Below are positions 54,448-61,370 of a stretch of DNA of 64,000 bases, one piece after another. Position 1 is the first letter of the stretch, and each line of letters starts with the position of its first letter. The stretch lies in IMG/VR virus record IMGVR_UViG_3300027759_000043. The stretch is one strand, 5' to 3'. A model generated the notes under the pieces. The model ran no database searches and was not told where the DNA came from. It saw nothing but the letters and a program-made list of their open reading frames with translations. This DNA comes from a virus (lineage: Duplodnaviria > Caudoviricetes). A program made the position numbers and the translations under genes.

Positions 54448-54645
54448 ATGAACTATATCATATCAGTATTTGCACTAGTTGCTGTGATTGCGACCAATCC
54501 GGTCCGGTCCGAAGAGCATGAAACCAAAAAGGTCTGTGTTGATGTTGTTAAAGATGGCCAGCCTGTTAAAGATGCCAAAGGTGTTGTCAAACAAAACTGC
54601 AAAGACGTCAAGCAACACAAAAAACTAGAAGTCGAAAAGAAATAA
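54448..54645 (+). CDS. Small secreted basic protein
   Basis: Signal peptide, two Cys, AAGGA RBS. Confidence 0.7.
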   Translation: MNYIISVFALVAVIATNPVRSEEHETKKVCVDVVKDGQPVKDAKGVVKQNCKDVKQHKKLEVEKK

Positions 54646-54674
54646 TAGACATCCGGCCACAAGTCCTGTATAAT
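54646..54674 (+). promoter_or_regulatory. Sigma70-type promoter of dnaJ-clpA
   Basis: TAGACA-17-TATAAT. Confidence 0.7.
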
Positions 54675-54694
54675 TAACACATACAGGACTTTTT
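54661..54694 (+). terminator. Hairpin with T-run overlapping the -10 box and RBS
   Basis: AAGTCCTGTAT-N9-ATACAGGACTT followed by TTT. Confidence 0.55.
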
Positions 54695-54695
54695 C

Positions 54696-55478
54696 ATGCC
54701 CGATCACTATGCAACGCTGGGTGTTGCTCGAACTGCCACTGCTGATGAGATCAAACGGGCTTTTCGCAAACTAGCCAGTAAAAATCATCCGGACAAGGGT
54801 GGTGATACTAAAAAATTTCAAGAGATCCAGGTCGCCTATGATGTGCTAGGCGATGTGGCCAAACGGTCTCAGTACGACAATCCACAACCACAGTTCGGTG
54901 GCGGACCAAACTTCAATGCCAACTTTGATTTCAACACCATCTTTGACATGTTTGGTGCCAAGTTTCAACAACAGCATCCACAACGCCCACAACACTCAAG
55001 AATGACTCTTTGGATCACCTTACAGGATGTGGCCTACCCTGGACCCAGAACAGTAAGCATGGGCACCCACACAGGCGCACACAATGTACAAGTGAACATT
55101 CCCAATGGCATCGAAGATGGTGATCATGTGAAATACGACAACATTGCTCCAGGTGGTCAAGACCTGGTGATCACCTATAGAATTCATCCCAATCCACGCT
55201 GGCAACGCAACAGTGCCACACTCATAACCGAAACACCTGCCAGTTTCTGGTGCTTGGTTGCCGGTGGTGATATCACAGTTGTGGACATTCTTGGCAATCA
55301 ATTGGCTCTGACTGTGCCGGCCAATACCGCACCCGGAACGCTGTTACGTGCTAGAGGTCGCGGATTACCGGACAGATCAGGCACACGTGGAGACATGCTG
55401 GTTCGACTACAGGCCACTTTGCCTGCTGTAGTTTCTCCAGAATTAATGGCTGCTATCAAACAAGAAATTGGTGGCTAA
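54696..55478 (+). CDS. dnaJ: DnaJ/CbpA-type J-domain co-chaperone
   Basis: DHYATLGV...HPDKGGD; C-terminal DnaJ_C; no Zn finger. Confidence 0.9.
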   Translation: MPDHYATLGVARTATADEIKRAFRKLASKNHPDKGGDTKKFQEIQVAYDVLGDVAKRSQYDNPQPQFGGGPNFNANFDFNTIFDMFGAKFQQQHPQRPQHSRMTLWITLQDVAYPGPRTVSMGTHTGAHNVQVNIPNGIEDGDHVKYDNIAPGGQDLVITYRIHPNPRWQRNSATLITETPASFWCLVAGGDITVVDILGNQLALTVPANTAPGTLLRARGRGLPDRSGTRGDMLVRLQATLPAVVSPELMAAIKQEIGG

Positions 55479-55496
55479 GTAATTGAGCCATAAAGG

Positions 55497-55525
55497 TTGC
55501 GGATCAAATCAAATTCATGTATAAT
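55497..55525 (+). promoter_or_regulatory. Sigma70-type promoter
   Basis: TTGCGG-17-TATAAT. Confidence 0.6.
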
Positions 55526-55559
55526 CAATTGTATGACAACCTCTTCAGGACAAAACCAC

Positions 55560-57833
55560 ATGCAACACAACCCGGAAATTGAAAGTATTATTGAAAACGC
55601 GGTCAAAATTGCCCGCACCTGGCAACACGAATATGTGTTGACTGAACATGTGTTACTGAGTCTTATTAGACACGAACCATTTCGTCGCTGTTTAACTAAA
55701 TTTGGCACAGACGTGGCCATGTTTGAAACTGAACTGTGTGCTTACCTGGACAGTTGTCAAAGTCTAGTTAGTAGTGATCCAGATATCACACCCAGAAAAA
55801 CCACAGCCCTTGAACGCACATTCAATCGTGCTTTAACACAGGTGTTGTTTACTGGACGCAGGTCAGTTACCACAATTGATTTGTATCTTGCGCTCATGGG
55901 CGAGGGCAACAGTCACTCGCACTACTTTTTGCTCAAGTACGGGGTTACCAAGCAGGAGTTTGTGGAGTTTTGGCAAGTGAACTATGCTCAAGGTGAAGCC
56001 AACCGGATGAGCGATCGTCAGGCCACAGAAGTGCTGGATGAACATTGTGTGAGTCTCACTGCCATGGCACAGAAAGATCGCCTGGAGCCGCTAATTGGTC
56101 GTGCCACTGAACTGGAAGAAATGATTGCTGTGCTGGCACGACGCTTCAAGGCCAATGTGCTCATGGTGGGTGATCCTGGTGTGGGCAAGACCTGTATTGT
56201 GGAAGGCCTAGCACAGGAGATCTCGGCTGGACGTGTGCCTGAGTTCTTGAAAGATCACGAAGTATGGTCATTGGAAATTGGCTCGTTGTTGGCAGGAAGC
56301 AAGTATCGCGGTGAGTTTGAAGAAAAGTTCAAGCAGGTGATCCAGGCCCTGGAAAGCAAGAAGAAGTGTATCTTGTTTATTGATGAAGCACACACCATGC
56401 AGGGTGCTGGCGCAGGATCAAATGGCGCCTTGGACTTTGCCAACATGCTAAAGCCTGCTATCACTAGAGGCAGTTTGAAAGTTGTGGCAAGTACTACATG
56501 GGAAGAATACTATGGTAGTTTTGAAAAGGATCGTGCGTTGATGCGTAGATTCTATCGTCTAGCCATTGATGAACCAGATACAGCAACTACAGAAAAGATT
56601 CTTATTGGTCTCTCACCTAGACTGGAAAAATTCCACAATGTCATGATTGACACCGAGGCCATGACAGCCGCAGTGGAACTGAGTGGACGCTACATACACG
56701 ACAAGAAGAATCCTGACAAATCAATCGACTTACTGGATGCGGCCTGTGCTAGAGAGCGTGTGAAGGATCAGGGCCAACTCACTGTGACCAAGGATCTAAT
56801 CATGGCACAAGTGGCCCGTGTAACAGGTGTGCCAGTGGATCGCTTGCAGAACGAACGCTCGGCCAAGATTGTGGACTTGGAAAGCAATATCAAGCAGAAG
56901 TTATACGGACAAGATGGCGCTGTGGACTCTGTGCTGGAACGTGTGTACATCAACTTCTCGGGCATTGGCAACCCCAATCGTCCAATGGCCAGTTTCTTGT
57001 TCCTGGGTCCTACAGGCACAGGTAAAACAGAATTGGCCAAACTACTGGCCACTAACTTGGACATGCACTTGTTGAAGTATGACATGAGTGAATATCAAGA
57101 ACGCCACACGGTATCGAGCCTGATTGGTGCTCCTCCGGGCTATGTGGGCTTTGAAGACGGCAACATTGGTGGTGGCAAATTGATCTCAGACATCAGCAAG
57201 AACCCTTTTGCTGTGATCTTGTTTGACGAGATTGAAAAAGCACACCCTGATGTCAGCAATATCTTGTTACAGATGCTGGACGAAGGGCACATTACATCAA
57301 GCAATGGCAAACGAGTTGATGTCAAGAACTGTATCATTATCATGACATCAAACTTGGGTTCACAAGATTCAGAAGCCAACAACATTGGATTTGGCAGTTT
57401 TGAAAAGACAGGCGAAGATGATAAAGCACTTAAGAACTTTTTTAAACCCGAACTACGTAATCGTATCGATCAAATCTGCAAGTTCGTTAAACTGGACACT
57501 TTGGCCATCAAGAAAGTTGTGGTCAAGTTTGTGGACGAACTCAAGACAAGTCTGCATACAAAAGGCATACGTCTCATGCTTTCCGAGGGCGTCGTTGACA
57601 TGCTTGCTGACCGGGGCTATGATTCGAAGATGGGTGCGAGACCACTCAGCCGCAAGATTGATGAATTAATCCGTGTACCGCTATCCAAGAAGATTTTATT
57701 TGAACGCTTGAGTGACTGCGATATTGTAGCCACCATGGTGGACGATGCTGTGCATTTTGAAATCACCCCCAGAGTGGAAACTGCTCCTATAGTGGGAGAT
57801 GATGGCATTATCAGGGTTGCCAATGAAGTTTAA
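55560..57833 (+). CDS. clpA: ClpA-type Hsp100 AAA+ ATPase
   Basis: Clp N-domain (EHVLLSL); GDPGVGKT/IDEAH; GPTGTGKT/LFDEIEKAH; GARPL. Confidence 0.9.
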   Translation: MQHNPEIESIIENAVKIARTWQHEYVLTEHVLLSLIRHEPFRRCLTKFGTDVAMFETELCAYLDSCQSLVSSDPDITPRKTTALERTFNRALTQVLFTGRRSVTTIDLYLALMGEGNSHSHYFLLKYGVTKQEFVEFWQVNYAQGEANRMSDRQATEVLDEHCVSLTAMAQKDRLEPLIGRATELEEMIAVLARRFKANVLMVGDPGVGKTCIVEGLAQEISAGRVPEFLKDHEVWSLEIGSLLAGSKYRGEFEEKFKQVIQALESKKKCILFIDEAHTMQGAGAGSNGALDFANMLKPAITRGSLKVVASTTWEEYYGSFEKDRALMRRFYRLAIDEPDTATTEKILIGLSPRLEKFHNVMIDTEAMTAAVELSGRYIHDKKNPDKSIDLLDAACARERVKDQGQLTVTKDLIMAQVARVTGVPVDRLQNERSAKIVDLESNIKQKLYGQDGAVDSVLERVYINFSGIGNPNRPMASFLFLGPTGTGKTELAKLLATNLDMHLLKYDMSEYQERHTVSSLIGAPPGYVGFEDGNIGGGKLISDISKNPFAVILFDEIEKAHPDVSNILLQMLDEGHITSSNGKRVDVKNCIIIMTSNLGSQDSEANNIGFGSFEKTGEDDKALKNFFKPELRNRIDQICKFVKLDTLAIKKVVVKFVDELKTSLHTKGIRLMLSEGVVDMLADRGYDSKMGARPLSRKIDELIRVPLSKKILFERLSDCDIVATMVDDAVHFEITPRVETAPIVGDDGIIRVANEV

Positions 57834-58467
57834 AACAGTTGAACGTAATCAACTGTTCTTTGGACAGTATCAGTACTGTATCACCTGGTACTTGAAAAAC
57901 GTGAGTGTGTTGCGAGATCTGGATCCTATCAAGGCACTGAAATCCATACAGTATCGCAACCAGTGGGCACCCAACGCACACTATCGACAACGCATAACTG
58001 AAGAAGAACAGCATGACTTAATTCGTGCGTGTGATTATTTGTTGTCTCGTGCGAACCCGTTCAAGCGCACAGTCAGCAATCACATGATGTACATCTATAC
58101 CAACAATCCCCGAGATTTTGATGATCTGGGCACTGTGGCTGATTCAGTTGTGTGCAATCGCACACAGGTCAACGTGAGTTTACAGCCCGACGCTGTCACA
58201 CTCAAAAACCCTGCTCACAGTTACAGAACATTCTTTCGAGAGCGTTGGTTGAGAGATCATGAACTTAAAGGACTGCGTGAGTATTTTCAAGCCAGATCAG
58301 ATCAATTTAGATTCAGCCCAGGGTTCCAATTGTTAATAAACGGCAATCGCATGTGGCTCATGGGCAACTATTTTGTGGATCATAACGAGCCCCAAGCAGA
58401 TTTCTTGATCAACATGGCCATCCCGGGCATAGTAAAAAAGACCCTGCCCATTGTGGCTCGCAACTAA
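57823..58467 (+). CDS. Hypothetical protein
   Basis: Overlaps the clpA stop. Confidence 0.75.
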   Translation: MKFKTVERNQLFFGQYQYCITWYLKNVSVLRDLDPIKALKSIQYRNQWAPNAHYRQRITEEEQHDLIRACDYLLSRANPFKRTVSNHMMYIYTNNPRDFDDLGTVADSVVCNRTQVNVSLQPDAVTLKNPAHSYRTFFRERWLRDHELKGLREYFQARSDQFRFSPGFQLLINGNRMWLMGNYFVDHNEPQADFLINMAIPGIVKKTLPIVARN

Positions 58468-58477
58468 ATAGTATACT

Positions 58478-58642
58478 ATGGCAAAAATACACGAAGAAAT
58501 AGTTGTGATCAAACTATCAAAATTGGTCAAAGATTCTGATGCTGGCGTCGAAATTGCCAGCGATGACATTGTGGCAGCCTTGCAATCAGTCGCTGAAGAA
58601 CTAACAGGTGCAGGTATCATTGTGGAAGTTGAACGAGCATAA
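58478..58642 (+). CDS. Small late protein (54 aa)
   Basis: Read by hand: MAKIHEEIVVIKLSKLVK...IIVEVERA*; TAAATA at 58465. Confidence 0.75.
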   Translation: MAKIHEEIVVIKLSKLVKDSDAGVEIASDDIVAALQSVAEELTGAGIIVEVERA

Positions 58643-59019
58643 TGGCCACAACCACTGTGACTTTGTTGCCGTCAACCACTTATGGTGTGCCTTCTGGCAA
58701 CTATGATGGCTCCAGCGAAGATTTTATTGGCGATCCACAAAAGGCTGCCAACTACTATCGTGGGCGTGGTGGTGTTCAAACAATACAGTGGCGTTTTCTT
58801 GGCGTGCAAGGTGACGTTACTATACAGGCCACACTAGACGCTGATCCTGCTGGTGTTCAATGGTTTGATATAACCAGTTATGGTGATGGTAGCACAGCAG
58901 ATTCTACCACAATCACTGATGTACACTACGACAGTGTGCTGGGCAACTTTACTTGGCTACGTGCTGTGGTCACCAATTTCCGTGACGGCACAATTGAATT
59001 GGTTTCAGCCACCTACTAA
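58642..59019 (+). CDS. Putative virion structural protein
   Basis: TAATG coupling; beta-rich. Confidence 0.7.
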   Translation: MATTTVTLLPSTTYGVPSGNYDGSSEDFIGDPQKAANYYRGRGGVQTIQWRFLGVQGDVTIQATLDADPAGVQWFDITSYGDGSTADSTTITDVHYDSVLGNFTWLRAVVTNFRDGTIELVSATY

Positions 59020-59022
59020 ACT

Positions 59023-59457
59023 ATGAGCACTGTAAAATTTTCCTGTGTTGTAGCACCCAGCGACACTGCTATTCCGCTGGGTTGTGAAATATGGATCGAT
59101 GATACCTGTGTATTTGATCAGAACCATGTGAACGAACCCGCAGTTGTTGCGCATGAATTCAGTGATGACGATGGTGAACACTCATTACGTATTACACTAA
59201 AAAACAAACTGCCCGAGCATACCCAAGTTGATGACCAAGACAATATTGTATCAGATGCACTGTTGGGTGTGACTGAAATCTCATTTGATGAAATTGACTG
59301 CACACAAATTGTTCATGATCTGGCTGTTTATCGACACAATCTCAACGGTACGGCACCTGAAATTGAGGATAAATTCTTTGGCGACTTGGGTTGCAACGGC
59401 ACAGTAGAACTCAAGTTCACTACACCTGTGTACCTGTGGTTGCTTGAGTCAATGTAA
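59023..59457 (+). CDS. Hypothetical protein
   Basis: 144-aa acidic ORF. Confidence 0.7.
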   Translation: MSTVKFSCVVAPSDTAIPLGCEIWIDDTCVFDQNHVNEPAVVAHEFSDDDGEHSLRITLKNKLPEHTQVDDQDNIVSDALLGVTEISFDEIDCTQIVHDLAVYRHNLNGTAPEIEDKFFGDLGCNGTVELKFTTPVYLWLLESM

Positions 59458-59471
59458 CGCTAAATATTAGC

Positions 59472-60362
59472 ATGAAACAATTGGTTATCATGCCTGGCGG
59501 ATTTCATCCTTTTCACGCTGGACACTACGCACTTTATCAATCCGCACAGCAGGCGTTTCCTGGTGCTGATATCAAAGTGGCTGCCACCAACGACACAAGT
59601 CAACGTCCATTCCCATTCAAGATAAAAGAAAAACTAGCCCAGTTGGCCGGAGTTGCTCCTGGTGATTTTTATCAAGTGAAATCACCATTTCGTGCTGAAG
59701 AAATTACTAAAAATTACAACCCCGAAGATACACAATTGATATTTGTGCGCTCAGAGAAAGATGCCACAAAGCCTCCGCAGGCCGGTGGCAACAAAAAGAA
59801 TGGCGAACCAGCATACTTGCAACCACTTGAGGGTCAAGATGTTCTTTATCCCATGAACCGACACGCCTACATGGCTTACTTGCCCACAGTGGAGTTTGGT
59901 CCTGGCATGACATCGGCTACAGAAATACGCACAGCCTGGCCCACACTAAATGAAAAGCGCAAGACTGCTCTAGTAATGAGTCTGTATCCCAAGACACGGG
60001 CCAACACCAAGTTGGCCGCTAACGTGGTCAAAATGTTAGACACAGCCATCGTTGGTGAACTAGAAGAAACACGTATTATCAATCCCGAAAACATTGACAT
60101 ATTCTATCGCCCTGATCCGCAAAGCCGTGGCCGGCGTGTGGTGGCCAAGAATGTGCCCACCTCAGCACTGGACGCACTACTGGCCAAACTCAGTGACAAG
60201 TTTGGAGTACGTGACACCGACTTTGAATGGACTGCTACAGATACTCCAGTCAGTGAAGACTACGTGGAAGAAAAGTGGAGTCAAAAGTACAAGAGCAGTA
60301 TTAATTGCGCCCACCCTAAAGGATTTAGCCAACGTGCGCATTGCGCAGGTCGCAAAAAATAA
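59472..60362 (+). CDS. HxGH nucleotidyltransferase-like protein with C-terminal modules
   Basis: PGGFHPFHAGHY, TSATEIR; tail EEKWSQKYKSSINC..PKGFSQRAHC; TAAATA at 59461. Confidence 0.75.
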   Translation: MKQLVIMPGGFHPFHAGHYALYQSAQQAFPGADIKVAATNDTSQRPFPFKIKEKLAQLAGVAPGDFYQVKSPFRAEEITKNYNPEDTQLIFVRSEKDATKPPQAGGNKKNGEPAYLQPLEGQDVLYPMNRHAYMAYLPTVEFGPGMTSATEIRTAWPTLNEKRKTALVMSLYPKTRANTKLAANVVKMLDTAIVGELEETRIINPENIDIFYRPDPQSRGRRVVAKNVPTSALDALLAKLSDKFGVRDTDFEWTATDTPVSEDYVEEKWSQKYKSSINCAHPKGFSQRAHCAGRKK

Positions 60363-60411
60363 CGTCATATGTTAAACTCGTTAAATATTCTACAATTTAA
60401 ACGAGGACCTT

Positions 60412-61353
60412 ATGATAACCCAAACCGGAACTACACCCCCAACACTGCCACAAGATCCTGTGGTTGCACCACAAGAAGTGCCCGAGGGCCAACCACAAAA
60501 TCAAATTCAAGTTAATCTTGACTACTTGAGAACCACTCGAGTACACATCTGTATGCCTTGTTATGGTGGCATGCTCACAGAGTCTACATTCATGAGTTAC
60601 ATCAAGTGGGCCAATACTGCTCGACAGTTGGGCATTGATTGGACCGTGGAAACCATGACCAATGAATCACTTATTAGTCGCGCACGTAACACACTCACTG
60701 CCAAGTTCTTGCACACAAAAGAATCAACTCATCTGATGTTTATTGACGCTGACATTGGCTGGGAACCCTGGCACCTGTTGGCCATGTTGAACCATCAAAA
60801 GGATGTGGTAGGCGGATTATATCCCATGAAATCCTTGCCTGTGAAATGGTGCGTGAACGGCATTCCTGGCACACCACAAGATGACCCATCAGGCCTGGTT
60901 GAAGTTACCAAGACCGGCACTGGCTTCTTGCTCATGAAGCGTGAAGTGTTTGAGAAACTCAATGCACACCCTGCTGTGAAGCCATTTACCAATGACATTG
61001 GACTAGATCCTGTATTAAATCCCTACATGAAAACCTACTTTGACACAGCAGTACGTGAAAACCGCTACTACTCAGAAGACTGGACATTCTGTGAAAACTG
61101 GCGTGACATCGGTGGACAAGTCTGGATCGATCGGCGTGTGTTACTCAAGCACACAGGTACCTATGTGTTTGACTATCAAACACAGGACAAACTGTATCAA
61201 GATCTACACGAGATTGCCACAAACAATCAAATCGCTGCCGCAACCGCATTAGCGGCACAAGCACCTACGATTGTTGAAGCCAAGGTGATTGCAACCAACA
61301 AAAAAGAAGACAAAAAGTCTGACAAGAAAGCAAAAGCAGCCAAAGCCGCTTAA
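60412..61353 (+). CDS. GT-A fold glycosyltransferase-like protein
   Basis: ICMPCYGG, ESLISRARN, LMFIDADIGW, GTGFLL, SEDWTFC. Confidence 0.8.
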   Translation: MITQTGTTPPTLPQDPVVAPQEVPEGQPQNQIQVNLDYLRTTRVHICMPCYGGMLTESTFMSYIKWANTARQLGIDWTVETMTNESLISRARNTLTAKFLHTKESTHLMFIDADIGWEPWHLLAMLNHQKDVVGGLYPMKSLPVKWCVNGIPGTPQDDPSGLVEVTKTGTGFLLMKREVFEKLNAHPAVKPFTNDIGLDPVLNPYMKTYFDTAVRENRYYSEDWTFCENWRDIGGQVWIDRRVLLKHTGTYVFDYQTQDKLYQDLHEIATNNQIAAATALAAQAPTIVEAKVIATNKKEDKKSDKKAKAAKAA

Positions 61354-61370
61354 CGGTAAATACAGTTCGT

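Noticed and set aside
54661-54691. Inverted repeat with a 9-nt spacer considered as a CIRCE (HrcA) element before dnaJ
   Set aside because: The arms do not match TTAGCACTC-N9-GAGTGCTAA; only the spacer length agrees.
55497-55559. ORF-track N-terminal extension of ClpA from TTG 55497
   Set aside because: It overlaps a sigma70 promoter. ATG 55560 with an AGGA RBS (or ATG 55533) is the more plausible start.
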